A DNA stretch of 64,000 nt, from the NCBI GenBank assembly GCA_964016885.1, contig OZ024743.1:5642001-5706000 (forward strand), in the 5' to 3' direction. Made by a program: the position numbers and the translations under genes. The DNA comes from Eledone cirrhosa (lineage: Eukaryota). The notes below the pieces were generated by a model. It made no database searches and was not told the origin of the DNA. It saw nothing but the letters and a program-made list of their open reading frames with translations. Positions 36,801 through 50,203 of this stretch are shown piece after piece; position 1 is the first letter of the stretch, and each line of letters starts with the position of its first letter.

Positions 36801-37512
36801 GTAAATATTATGAACTGATTTTTCTTGAATCTATCCTCAATCTATTAACATTTAGTATATACTTTAAATACATAATATATTTGTAAAGCTTTGGAACTTA
36901 TCATTACATCAATTTAAAATCTCAATAGCTCCTGCAACTTTTCATCTTATAAAAAGTAATAAGATGTTGGTGTTAGGAAGGGCATCCAGCTGTAGAAATC
37001 AAGCCAGCATCAGTTCCCGTCCCACCCTTGCAAGCAGGGAAAAAGCGGACGTAAAAATGAAATAATGAATGATGAAATGATGATTCACTTTTATTTCTGA
37101 CTTGGCTTACAAAATACAGAAATTCATGTTGTTTTTCTTTCATTATCATGTGTTATTTATAGTTTACTACTGTATTTTTCATCGCACTCAAACTGACTGG
37201 GCTAAAGAATAAAAAAATATTATCAAACTCATAATGTATGAAAATAAGAAACATGTTTAGTGATGTTGTTTTCCCTAAGTGGAAAATATTACTAATCTCA
37301 CTTTATGGTGTTGACATTCTTAATGATAATGTAATCAGAACAAACTCAAACACTAATCTTTATACTCAAATTGAGTTACTCATTCACTACATGCCTGCTA
37401 ATAGTAGTTGTGAAGAATTAAAATATATGATCCTCATATCTTACTTCAAAACTTGCAATGCTTTATTTTTATAGCTATGGATAGTGACTTGTTATATTTT
37501 TATTTCTCACAG

Positions 37513-37559
37513 GGAAGTTACTTAGCTCATACTCAAGGAAAAAAGCATCAGGCTAACTT
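37513..37559 (+). CDS. SF3A2: SF3A2 coding exon 3
   Basis: GSYLAHTQGKKHQAN(L), AG/GT. Confidence 0.97.
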
Positions 37560-38481
37560 GTAAGTATTTTTATTTTATTTTTTAATTATTATGTTATAAT
37601 TAAAACAAAAATGTTCTAACTTTGGTGCTGTCCACACAACCTAACCTCACTGGCTCTATCTAAATCACATTTGACAATATTGTTGTGTGTGAGCAATATG
37701 ACAAATGGAATTTGTATCACTTGCAAATCCAAAGTGTAAGCCTGAGTGAGATGTTGACATGAAAACAGTTGTTATCCAACTGGGTACCAGTCAACCTCCA
37801 GGGTATAACATTCAGATATGTCCCCTTGTGAAGTTAAGAGGTAGAACTGAAACATGCCAATCGATGCTGATCAAACAAATGTACAAGGTTCTGTGAGACT
37901 GTCGCTGTTAATAATGAACTGATGGAGCATCCACAGGATTAAGACTGAGTCGCATCCAGATCACATAAGGGGTTTTGTATGCTCTGATCATGGTTGGTTC
38001 TGCTGTGCAGGGTAACCATATTGTTTTATGTTGAAGTGAAGAGGATCATCAGAACTCTTATTAACCAAAAGTGTTTTACATGAAACCATTCGAAAGTGGT
38101 GATTTTCAGAAGTAGAGAATCACTAGAGAAAGGGACAAACACTGAATTGCAGGGGATGATGGGAATAGAGCCAGTGATGAATGTTTTGAAGAGAAATAGA
38201 ATGAGATGGTTGGGTCTTGTGTTGAGGAAGGATGAAAGTAACTGGGTGAAAAAAAGGATGGAAATGAATGCGGAAGGAAGTAAAAGGCCAAGAAAGTTTT
38301 GACTAAAGATGATGGAAGAGGAAATGAAATCCGGGAGTTTGGTGAAGCAGTTAGAGAAAGTCGGAGAAAATGGAGAAGTTTGTCATGGGATCTGCAAATC
38401 TAATTTCTGCTTCAGCAGAGAACATGCTTTTAGAATGCTTATATAATTATTCTTTTCTTCTTTTTTTTAAATTTTTATTAG

Positions 38482-38591
38482 AGCTCGGCGAGCAGCAAAA
38501 GAAGCAAAGGAGGCCCCTGCACAACCAGCACCTGAGAAAGCCAAAGTAGAAATTAAAAAATTTGTTAAGATTGGCCGACCTGGTTACAAAG
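38482..38591 (+). CDS. SF3A2: SF3A2 coding exon 4
   Basis: ARRAAKEAKEAPAQPAPEKAKVEIKKFVKIGRPGYK, AG/GT. Confidence 0.97.
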
Positions 38592-39194
38592 GTGAGTTTC
38601 TTGTATTCATATAGTTCCATTTTATTATTTTGCTAACCAAGAACTGTAGAGAAAGCTAGAATAGATCATTATTGTTTCTAGTTCAGTACTATAATAATGA
38701 AAATATTGTGTACAGTGCTCAGGTGCACTACAACTCATCAAAAGTGTATGTATAGTACAAACGTCAGGGGGGGAAAAAAAAACGTAGGTCAGTTTAATCG
38801 ACTTTTTTTCTTTCCCTAAAATTACAGGCCTTTTGTCAATGTTAGAAAGGTTCTTACAGAAAATTAGAATAGAAGGTTTTTAGATAAATATAAACACTTT
38901 AAAATAAACAGCTTAGTATCATTGAACCAGGGGCAATTTGATATCAGAAGGGTTAAGGTCTGAATTATTTAAGGCACCCTATCTTTAACTATTATTTAAC
39001 ACATGCTTTTATTCTCTCTTTCATATTGATAATGTGATTTATGATATGAGCCACCACTTATTAAATGTATCTAGAATCTAGTCTACAAGTTAAAAATAAG
39101 ACACCAAATATGTTATTTTAAAAAGATATATGTAATTTGATTCTCTAATATGTTTTTTTAAATTTCTTTTTCTTTAATTTACCACATATTTTAG

Positions 39195-39244
39195 TCACAA
39201 AGCAAAGAGACCCAGAGACCATGCAACAAAGTTTATTGTTTCAG
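39195..39244 (+). CDS. SF3A2: SF3A2 coding exon 5
   Basis: (V)TKQRDPETMQQSLLFQ, AG/GT. Confidence 0.96.
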
Positions 39245-39539
39245 GTGAGTATGTATGCACACATACATGTGTGTGCGTATACGTTATACCTTTACATCAA
39301 CATCGTTATACATCCATTTTCCAGACTAGCATAGGTTGGATGGATTGTTGAACCAATCTCATCTTGCTCATTCATTCCATATTTGGCGTGGCCACTTTAC
39401 AGTGTGTACTGGGTGCATTTTATTGTGGTGCCAGCACAGAGTAAACTGGCATTAGAGAGACTGTCATATACTAACCAAACTGGAGAGTCCTCTCTACCCT
39501 ATATTATCTCTATGATTGCCATCCATTTAACATAGTTTT

Positions 39540-39800
39540 ATCCTCTTTTCTACTCACTAAAACTTTAGTCTTTGCTAGATTTACTTTGAAGTCTTTTGAT
39601 TCCAGGTTTTGCTAGCATGCCTGGAACTTCTCTAGCTCTTCTATTTCAATTCTGATATCTAGATCATCAACATTTAGGATCTCCAATGCACAACCAGTTT
39701 TAAATTCTTCTGATATAGCTTGAAGGACTATAATAAACAGGAGGGGGCTAAGGACTGAATCTTGGTGAACTTCTACATGCACACTAAAATCGCTGAATTT
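39540..39800 (-). mobile_element. RTE-clade RT fragment in an SF3A2 intron
   Basis: VHQDSVLSPLLFIIVLQAISEEFKTGC; homologous to 25300-25530. Confidence 0.75.
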
Positions 39801-40013
39801 TTTAAATTGTCTAATCTCGATAAACAAGTGTAGTCTTGAAGTATCTTGATTTATTAAAACATGATACTGAATTCTATGAGTTGTCTTTTTATTTTGCATG
39901 TTACTTCTTCATATTTTCCCAACTATCCCAAACATTTAGGAATGTGTCCATTTTGTAGTGATTCTTCATTTATATGTTGTATCAAATATGTTGAATTTTG
40001 TTATTTTCTGCAG

Positions 40014-40154
40014 ATTGATTATCCAGAGATAGCAGATGTAATTATTCCACGTCACAGATTCATGGCTGCCTATGAACAGAAAGTTGAACCACCAGACAGG
40101 AAATGGCAGTATTTACTCTTTGCAGCTGAGCCTTATGAAACTATTGCTTTTAAG
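40014..40154 (+). CDS. SF3A2: SF3A2 coding exon 6
   Basis: IDYPEIADVIIPRHRFMAAYEQKVEPPDRKWQYLLFAAEPYETIAFK, AG/GT. Confidence 0.97.
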
Positions 40155-40673
40155 GTATGCTAAAGTTTACTTTTAAGTTATCACTTCATGCTGGTTTATA
40201 ATGTATGATTGAAGTGACAAATCATTCAAAACAAACAAACAAAAAAAACCCCAGAAAAATAAACATTGTTAATATGATTTATTCTCCAGATAAGTTGATG
40301 CCTTATTAAAAGGAGCTGCTAATGTAGTCTGTAAATAGGAATTCAGCCATATTTTTAATCAAAACTTTAAGTCGTGTCTAATTTGATAATTCAATTTTTG
40401 CTGAGGAAAAGATCTTGTAACCTAGAATTATGTTGTGGATGAATAATTTAAGTGACTGAGTCATGTTTTGAAACACTAACATTATGTTGTACTTTTAAGT
40501 AAGATATGTTTGCTCGACCTAGCTGAAAATATTTATATTTCAAAGAGAAGTAGTTAGATTTTTAAATGTTAGGTTCTCAAATATTCTAGAAATTCGTGAA
40601 AATAGAATTTGCAAGTTAGATTTCTTATTGTCTTTAAAGAAAGATTGTCTAGTAACTTTGTTTACTTTTTTAG

Positions 40674-40742
40674 GTGCCCAGTCGAGAAGTTGATAAAGAT
40701 CCTAAGAAATTGTGGACTTATTGGAACAAGGAGACTAAGCAG
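40674..40742 (+). CDS. SF3A2: SF3A2 coding exon 7
   Basis: VPSREVDKDPKKLWTYWNKETKQ, AG/GT. Confidence 0.95.
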
Positions 40743-41750
40743 GTTGGTGGTTTTCATTGACATTTTCGACCTGAAGTGAGACTTCATGAGCTAATTTTTT
40801 TCCTGGAGTTAAGTTTATTGAATAATTTTGTAGCAGAGTGTAAATTATTGGCTATTACCTAATTTCTGAAGTCCACTCAAAATCCAGAGTCGGAGCCCCT
40901 AAGGCAGTTTGTTGTTGATTACAACTTCGTTCTGGCAGCTCCTGCAACAGCACTGCTGTCAAACTGGAGCAGCCTCACTGTTCCTTTGGATCCTGCAACA
41001 TTGTGGAGAGGAGGGACATGCTACATGGGCAACATCCTGTCCTCCAAATCACATCGCCCAGGCTTGTATTCAACCACTATGCATCACTCATCAACACAAC
41101 CTGCACCATACACCTGGAGAAGACACTCCAGCTTCGCCTACAGTGTGGACATAACACAGGGAGAAGCAGTTATCCATGCTGACCGAAGGAGGCCTTAGTA
41201 GTAGTACTCAAAGATAAGAAACACTTAGAGCTAAACAACAACACTGACATTGATATTTGACATACAGATTTTCAAACAGATGTGAACAGCTGATGAAAGA
41301 ATGAAGACAGATCTCACAGCAACCATATTGATATAAAATAATTGGAGAATATTTCTTTATCCTATTTATATTAGTATACAAAGGAGTGACAATGTAGAGT
41401 AGATAGGACCCTCCAATTATATCAAAGACATAACCTGTCTATTTCTAGTTCCACAAGAAAATACACCTAGTACATTCTGTAAAATGATTGACATTAGAAT
41501 GAGTATAAGTTCGGACTTGTATGATAATGATCTGTCCACCTATGCCAGCATAGAAAAATGGACATAAAACGATGAAGATAAGGAGAATTAATTGTGTGCT
41601 ATAACTGAACTGGCAAGCTCCTGATGATTGAAGACTATAATGCTGGTTTTAATTTTTAAGTCATAGCAATTCATCTATTCCAACAGTAACCCCCAAGAAA
41701 GACATATACATCACAATTTATAATTTTCATTCTTCCACCTCCTGAACTCA

Positions 41751-44548
41751 AAACATGGGCACATTCCTTACTCTGTGATGGGGTTTTCAGCATTACTGGG
41801 TACAACCTTTTCCGCAAGGACCGCATTAATCGCCGTGGTGGTGGTGTGATGGTCTACGTTCGTTCAAACTTTTCGGTAATTCCTTGCGTTGATTTGAACG
41901 AATCACAGGAAGAAGTTTTTTCTGTGACGTATGTATGACCATGTCAACACTTCTGCTTGGTGTTGTTTATCTACCCCCAAACTACCATCAGGACACACAG
42001 CTTTGCGATATCCTTAGAGTTGCTGCCAAGAAAACAGCCACTTATGTGTTTATTGCAGGTGACTTCAATCATCCTGAGATCGATTGGGAAACCTTTCGTT
42101 GGGCACAAGGTGCAAACGATTTCCTTGAACTAGTGCTGGACTCAAACTGGTCACAAGTAGTCACCTCCAACAAGAGGTGACAACACTTTGGACCTGATCT
42201 TCACCACTACTCCTGAAGTGGTTATCAGTTGTACTACTGAGGAACCTCTAGGCGACTCTGATCATGCTATGATCATTGCCAATCTGGCTCTTGCGGGCAG
42301 CAACAAAAACCAGAACCATCTCCAATCTGCTTGCTTTGATTGGAAGAAAGCAGATTGGAACTTGTACTGCACTGAGCTACAGCGCCCAAACTGGCATGAG
42401 ATTTATAACTCTGGAGATGTGAACACTATACTCCAGAGCATCCTGGACTCAATATGGATAGTGTGTGCAGCATCGGTGCCACGTAAGCAGAAAAAAAAAC
42501 ACCACAAAAGTGCAATTTGGGAAACTTCAGCGGTCCGACTTGCCAGGAAAGAATGTCGGAACGCTGAACGGGAATATAAACTGCATAAATCAGATGCCAA
42601 CAGAAAAAAGCGGAATAAATCTTCTAACCATCTCAAGCAAGTGACAAAGAAGGCAGTGCTTGAATTTGAACAGTGCATAGCAACCAATCCTGACAGTAAG
42701 GTGTTCTGGAAATATGTTCATTCAAAGCAGAGACCTCACTCTCCAGTTGGTCCTCTTCGCAATCCCCACACAAGCCAGATCACTGACGATCCCAAAGAAT
42801 GCACAGAACTCATTGCTGAGTGCTATGCAAGTATTTTTACTGTTGAAAACCAGAATGTACCATTTCCACCATCTCTAACATCAAATTCCATAACAACTAT
42901 GGAATTTACACCTGCAATGTTGCGACGTCACCTTAAGAATAAGCGCAACTATGCCTCCCCTGGTCTTGATGGTGTTACATACCTGCTTCTCAAACGTGGC
43001 GGGTACTTCCTTTTGCACCAGCTTTCTTTCTTCTTTCAATTCTGTCTCAACAATGGTGCTACTCCGGAGCAGTGGAAAACTGCCAGTGTCATTCCCCTGT
43101 TCAAAAAGGGCAACCGCATGTCACCTGTCAACTATCGTCCAGTCAGTCTTACTAGCTGTATGGCCAAACTGATGGAATCCTGTGTCAGAGAAACACTTTG
43201 GAACTTCTGGAGCTCTCACAGTTTGGATTTATCCCTAACTTCAGCTGCTGTGATCAGCTTATCGAGTTCCTTGAAGACATCACCCGGATCACTGACAGCG
43301 GCTCATGGGTGGATGTTGTTTACCTTGACTTTGCTAAGGCTTTTAATTCTGTGCCACACAAAAGACTTATGGCGAAACTCTCTGCAATGGGTGTGAGGGA
43401 TGATCTTTTCGACTGGTTGAAATCCTTCATTCTCAGCCGAAAAGAGGTAGTCACGGTTCTAGGACAGCATTCTTCACCATATGAGATGTCATCTGGTGTA
43501 CCACAGGGATCTGTTCTTGGTCCCCTTTTGTTTGTGGCATATATTAATGACATAGATGCCAACTTACAGAATGCCACGGTACTGAAATATGCAGATGACA
43601 TCAAGCTGTACCTTGAAATCAAAAGGACTGATCCTGAAATCTACAACTCTTTCCTACAATCAGACCTGGACACAATGCAGTAATGGATCATAGACTGACA
43701 ATTGAAGCTGGCTGTGGACAAGTGTACCACCATGCATTTTGGGAGGAAAAATCCAGCGTCCGCATACTCCCTCCGCAACACTGATATCAAGAAGTCCTCT
43801 TGTGAACGTGACCTGGGCATTACTGTCAGCAGCGATTTGCGTTGGACAAAGCATGTCTCCAAGATTGTCAAGAAGGCCGAGGGTGTCTTGGCATCACTCA
43901 GCAAGACCTTTGTTAGCCGCTCTCCAGCCATCTATTTAAAACTGTATACAGCTATGGTACGACCACACTTGGAATTCGCATCATCAGTCTGGAACCCCTA
44001 TCTTGCTCAGAACATTGACCTCCTGGAAACTGTTCAGAGATGCGCAACCAAGCGCATATCCTCCATCAGACACCTACCATACTCTGAACGCCTTGCTTCC
44101 CTGGGCATGGATTCATTGAAGCTCCGACGTCTGGCAATGGACTTGGTAAATACCCACAAAGTTATTAACCATCTTGCGAACAACAACCCTGAGTATCTTT
44201 TTGATCTCCATGTGTCTAACACATGTGGACATGCCTACAAAGTGAGAAAACAGCTCCCATGACTTTCGGAAACATTTTTTCACGCTCAGAGTTGCTGAAG
44301 CATGGAACAAACTGCCTGCGTCAGTTGTTAGCTGCCGAGACACTGCATCCTTTAAGACACTCATGCTTTCCGAAATACCCCAAAACTACACCTGATGTAC
44401 CCCTTCCATACACATGCACACGTGTATATCATGACTCATGCACTGTTCATTTTCCTGACGTTTGTACATTACCCTATGTACTATACATACACTTTTTGAT
44501 GAGTTGTAGTGCACCTGAGCACTGTACACAATATTTCATTATTATTAT
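41751..44548 (+). mobile_element. CR1-clade LINE, 5'-truncated, several frameshifts and stops, in the last SF3A2 intron (sense orientation)
   Basis: Very similar to the 12.3-15.5 kb copy; APE GDFN/SDH, RT YADD; (ATT)n tail. Confidence 0.95.
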
Positions 44549-44936
44549 AATGAAATGGAAGTAACCACCTCTGTTTTTTTGCACAAATGCATAGGATAAA
44601 TAAAAATCTTATTTTAAAATCATCTTTGCAGTGTTTGTAATCCCAGCATACATTGGGCGGCTCTGTAATACTGCAAATTGCCACTTTATTTTCTTATGTG
44701 GATGTCTGTTTGAAATGAGCATGGAGTGTGTATGTATATGTTGGTTTCTAAATGTGTGCAAATGTGTCTTTCTAATATGTGTTACATGTGTATATGTGTG
44801 CATATTATTTGTGATGTTTTCCTACATCACCAGTAACTTCCACATAGCACATTTCCAGGTTAACAATTATTCAATTACTTTATGTGATCAGCTCTGTATT
44901 AATTAATTAATGATTTTTTTTTCTGTTTTATTCCAG

Positions 44937-45371
44937 TTCTTTTTGCAGTTTGCTTTCAAACTGGATCAGAAGTTATCACAACCAACACTTCCACCTCCAC
45001 CCACCAACCAACCGAGAAGTTTACCATTAACACAGCGCATGCCACCACCTCCACCTCCGGTAGTTCCACCCATGTCCATGGCAGGGATGATGCCACCACG
45101 CCCTCCCCCACCAATGGGCCCACCACCTGTTGCACCACCTCCAATTCCTCCTCCTTCTTCTATTCCACCACACGGACCACCACACGGACCACCACACGGA
45201 CCACCACACGGACCACCACACGGACCACCACACGGACCACCACCTTCTGCTCCTCTACCAGCTGCCCCTCCTCCACCACCTGTACCCCCACCAGTCCGTC
45301 TGCCAACAGTTCCAAACATCCCACATCCATCTGTACCACCCCCACCACCTCCTCCCCCCATGCCAAATTAA
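44937..45371 (+). CDS. SF3A2: SF3A2 last exon, proline-rich tail with (PPHG)6
   Basis: ttccAG acceptor; FFLQFAFK then Pro-rich sequence to TAA; total CDS 1050 nt = 349 aa. Confidence 0.95.
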   Translation, partial: FFLQFAFKLDQKLSQPTLPPPPTNQPRSLPLTQRMPPPPPPVVPPMSMAGMMPPRPPPPMGPPPVAPPPIPPPSSIPPHGPPHGPPHGPPHGPPHGPPHGPPPSAPLPAAPPPPPVPPPVRLPTVPNIPHPSVPPPPPPPPMPN

Positions 45372-45444
45372 TCATCTTTATTTTACTTTACAAAAATCTC
45401 AATTTCACTCATTTTGTTTTGAACTGTAAAATTATAAAACTGAA

Positions 45445-45450
45445 AATAAA
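45445..45450 (+). terminator. Likely polyadenylation signal of SF3A2
   Basis: AATAAA ~75 nt after the stop, with a downstream GT/T-rich tract. Confidence 0.55.
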
Positions 45451-45990
45451 ATGTAAAAAAAGAATCATTTCTAAAATTAAAATGGTTTTGTTTTCAATTT
45501 ATTTTTAACATTTTTTTACTGCTTTTTCGTGCAAGCAGTCTTACATTTGGTTTGCTAATCTATATTATAATAATTGTATGGCCTTTTTGTCTGTCTATCA
45601 CACACAACCACTACAATCTGTCAAAATCGTTCTAAATTTTTTTTTTTGTAGAATTTATGGAACACAAAAATAGGAGGTGGAGGCAAATGTTCTAAAGTAT
45701 TCTCAGCTGAAGATATTTCTTCAGTGTTACAATCTGGGTCTTGTATGATGTTAAGGCTACAACTACTCTCTTTGCATGGAAACTATACCTGTCCACATCC
45801 CCATTGGTGTTGAGATTTCCAATAATGCTAAGCAGCCTGCAAGTTCCTATGATCTACCTCAAATTCTTGTGGTGACTAGTTTAGAAGGTGAAATGTGGGC
45901 ATTAGGGTAGACATTTTAAAGGTGTTTTGTACAATATAATCATTGTAGATTGAGAGCTCTTATGAATATATTTATTTTCTTGACTCCCTT

Positions 45991-46389
45991 CAAAATTACA
46001 CACTTGAATTCATCAAATTTGGAAAATTGGGTAATGAAGGCGAATTGCTTTTTGATGTGATTAATATTTGAGATCATCTACAAAGAAAAGCTGCCTGATA
46101 TTTCTGGATTAATTTCTGTGACCATTTCCTGTCCCTCTCATTATTAATGGGTCCATTATACATTATCATCTTGAGTAAGGTACCTGTAGTTATCACCTGA
46201 CTGCATAGGCTATATTAAGCTTTCCAGAGGAGGGAACAAGTTTACCATGTTTTATCACCAAAATTACACACTTGAATTCATCAAATTTGGAAAATTGGGT
46301 AATGAAGGCGAATTGCTTCTTGATGTGATTAATATTTGAGATCATCTACAAAGAAAAGCTGACTGATATTTCTGGATTAATTTCTGTGA
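45991..46389. repeat. 131-bp direct duplication (45991-46121 and 46259-46389)
   Basis: Near-identical copies, about 2 differences. Confidence 0.92.
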
Positions 46390-46417
46390 TCACTGTGTAT
46401 GCATCTATGGTCTGGAG

Positions 46418-46745
46418 TAGTGGTTCGCAGAAAAATTTGGATATTATTTGCAATTTTTATGTTTTATTAATAATAAAACAAAAATTATGTTCAGTTAGAC
46501 TATATTTTATAACACTCCTAAAAAATGTTTCTCCTCAGTAAAGAACTACCATCTATGAAAGAATTTTACACTTATGTATCAACTATCAACAATATGACAC
46601 ACGTACACTACAGTATTGTTTAATAAAATAGAAGTTCTCTGATCGTTATTTTACAAATGTATTTATCAAACTCACATTAGGGGTCTGCAGCATTTAAAAT
46701 TATGAATTTAGTGGTCCATGAGGTCCGAAAGTTTGGTGACAACTA
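46418..46745. mobile_element. hAT-type MITE
   Basis: Perfect 8-bp TSD GTCTGGAG on both sides; imperfect TIRs TAGTGGTTCGC / GGTGACAACTA. Confidence 0.72.
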
Positions 46746-47334
46746 GTCTGGAGGACTAAGGCCATAGCTCTGAATGAAACCTACCAGCATGATAAATTTG
46801 TCACTGAAATCATTGCTGATTACATAGTCATTCATCTACCTCTAGTCCCCCAACGTTAAGGGCCAGGTTCTATTAATAAGCCTTCTACCTCCAAAAACTG
46901 CCCAATTTAGTTGTACTTGTTGGCTATATGACCCCCAATGATATAGCCTTTTATGTCTTTATGTTTTTACAGCTTAAGTGTCGTTGATCAGAGTTCTTCT
47001 GGTCATGACCTTTTTGTTTTTTTACAGATGTGTCTAAGATTACATTATCCAAGATGATAGATTGAGATTTGGCTGCTATTTCTAGTAGGCTCCATCCTTA
47101 AATGAAAACAATGTACAAACTGAATGAGTTATGTCCCTTTCTCACTCTTGCTTAAATACTCTGGAAGCGAACACGAAAATGGAGATGCAATAACACAGAC
47201 AGAAGAAAACGATTTTTGTTTTTTTGTCTGGAAAAGATCAACATCTGCTCCAAACACCAAAGAATTGATGATTTAAAAAAGATGGATGAAAAAAGGTTTA
47301 AATGTGGTGCATTCAGATGGTTGATGGAAAGATT

Positions 47335-47657
47335 CTTACAAAATCAGAAAACAGCACAGCTCCCATGACTTTCAGAAACATTTTTTCACGCTCAGAGTTA
47401 CTGAAGCATGGAACAAACTACTTACATTAGTTATTAGCTGCCGAGACACTTCCATGCCTCCCGAAATTCGCGAACACTACACCTGATAGCCCCCCTCCAT
47501 ACACACGCACACATGTCTGTGTGTATATCATGACTCAAACACAGTTCCCTTTCCTGACATTTGTACATTATTCTATTACTATACATGCACATTTGAAGAG
47601 TTGTAGTGCACCTGAACACTGTACACAATCATTTAGATTATTATTATTATTATTATA
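47335..47657 (+). mobile_element. CR1 3'-end fragment
   Basis: Matches the LINE 3' end and (ATT)n tail; shorter tails at ~24437, ~28944, ~38690. Confidence 0.85.
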
Positions 47658-48339
47658 AGATTCATTAGATCTCAGGAATCCTCCATTCAGTTTCTGTTGT
47701 GGTAAAAGATAAGTGCTAATACCATCCATTCAACATACTCTATTGACCTCCTGGGCGTAAAGAACTAATAAACTATTGACAAGGATATCAAATTAAAATC
47801 TGATAGAGCCTATACCTCATGCTTTAGGTTCCACACTATCAGACATAATATCTACTAAAAAAATTATGCTTATGAGTGTATATACAAAATAATTTTATTT
47901 TTTATTTTCATTACATAAAATTAATGTAACAATACTACGTAGAAAAATAAAACGTATAAAATCCAACATTAATTACAATTAAAATAACTTAATGATGTAT
48001 GTAGTCATCACATTAAAGTATTTGTGTGTTGGAAAGAATCCATAACACAATAAATTATTGGTGGAAAGAACTCGCAAAGATACAAATCCAAGCAGCGTAG
48101 ATGCAGGAGAAATTCTGAAGATTCCTCAGCATCTTCAATAACAACACAACCATAAAAACAACAACAACAATAATAATACAAATATATAATCTTAATAGCA
48201 CCAAAAATAGCCACTATAATTAACACACGTCATGAACAATGACGTAAAAGAACAAGAATTATTCAAAGTTGTGTGTGGAATTCGCGTGGGTAATGTTTAA
48301 CAAAATTCTTGCTACAGTATGTAAAATTTCGCCCAAGTA

Positions 48340-48672
48340 CGTTATTTTATCGACTCCATAAGGATGAAAAGCAAAGCTAACTCAGCAGGATTTGAACTCA
48401 GACCGTAAAGGTACAAATAATTGATTCTACTTTTGGCACAAGGCCAGCAAATATCCAGTGCATTACTGGTACTTTATTTTATCGACCCCGTAAGGATGAA
48501 AGGCAAAGTTAACCTCGGCGGGATTTGGGGAAACATAACATTGAATTCCCAGTTTTTATTTTACCTAATAACTTTACTCGATGCAGTAGTAAGGCTTGAA
48601 TGTAAAGGACCGTAACTCTATGCTGCAAAGCATGTTGTCCAACGCTCTACCGACACTGCCAATCCACTGCCC
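48340..48672 (-). mobile_element. SINE family A: a fragment plus an interrupted full copy
   Basis: Consensus match with an ~70-bp insert at ~48527-48600. Confidence 0.75.
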
Positions 48673-49993
48673 CGAAGTTGAAACTAATAATAAAACGGAC
48701 CAGAAACAATATTTCCTCGATTCTAGAGACAGCCGGATTGTACAAGATCGATGGGAAGGGGCCCGATAGTTTATCTCATTGCCCTTAAGTTAGAGGTAGA
48801 TGCCTCAAATGTGATGCCAATGTGAGGAGGGGGTGTCACTGCACCCAAAACAGAATAGCATAAATTTGTGAAATACCATGATTTATCTCAAACTACGTTT
48901 TTCAGTATGTGGCATTCAGGGCCGCTGACAACGAAGTTTGTGTTATGCTGCCTTTGCCAAGCCATAACATGACAATTCTGTGAGTGTCTTGACTTGCCTG
49001 AAAAGTTTATAGAGGAAAACACCGGTATTCTCTGTTGTAGCGTGTAACTGAGTTTGCACGTCTTCATTTTCCTTTGTTTAATTTATATTACTTTTCCTTT
49101 TATAAACCACATTCGTTATATAAATTGCGCTTATATATGATAGGATGCCTTTAAACCAAAATGTAAAAAAATTATGCAGAGTTGCCTCCCCTGCATCATA
49201 TACACGCATATATTGTATCACCCAATCAATTTTCAGTGATTGCATATTAATTTTAGAGTTTTTTTTTTAAATAAACATGTCCAAATATATTTTCATATTA
49301 TTAAATTTGTGTTTCTTCTTACGTCCTTAGTTCAAATCCTGCCGATGTTCTTTCATCTTCTCGGAGTCGATAAAATAAAATACCAGTCCAGAGCATCTAA
49401 TTGGCGGAATTGTTAGTGCGTCGTATGAAACACCTTGCAGTATTTGTTCTTGTTCCTTGTATTCTGTGTTCAATTCTGCTTTGGCCTATTCGATGATATA
49501 CTTAGTCCGTAGACCAGTTTAATACCACCACCTGAACCTTGAGTTCATTTAACAAAATCCACTGTATTACATATTCGTGTCAGATCTTCGATTTAAGAAT
49601 GTATGTCTTCCTCGGTCCGCCAACCGCTCTCCGAATCTCTGGAAAGTGTCGTTCATCCCAGCCCACCTTGTCTGACTAAACAGTAAAAAAAATAATAAAA
49701 CCCCTACGATATGAAGGAGCCACAGCGAATAAAGATCTTTACAAGTCATGAAAAAAAAAAAAAAATTAAATCTGGCGGAGCTCACCCAGTTGAAAACAAC
49801 AGATTTCTTCCAGAGAAATAGTATCAAAGAAAATTAAGAAAGGGATATAGTGCAAGAATCGACTGCAGTATTAAACTGGTATTTTTTATTTTTGTTACTC
49901 TTCAAAGGGATTTGGACTTAGTGTGTAGAGACCCAGAACAAATATGGTAATACATTTGACCTGGCGCTTTAACAACCTCGCCAATTCGCCACC

Positions 49994-50203
<210 letters not shown>

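Noticed and set aside
44956-45429. Gly-rich, (WWSV)n, (HHTD)n and (VVRV)n ORFs
   Set aside because: Alternative frames and antisense of the SF3A2 Pro-rich exon
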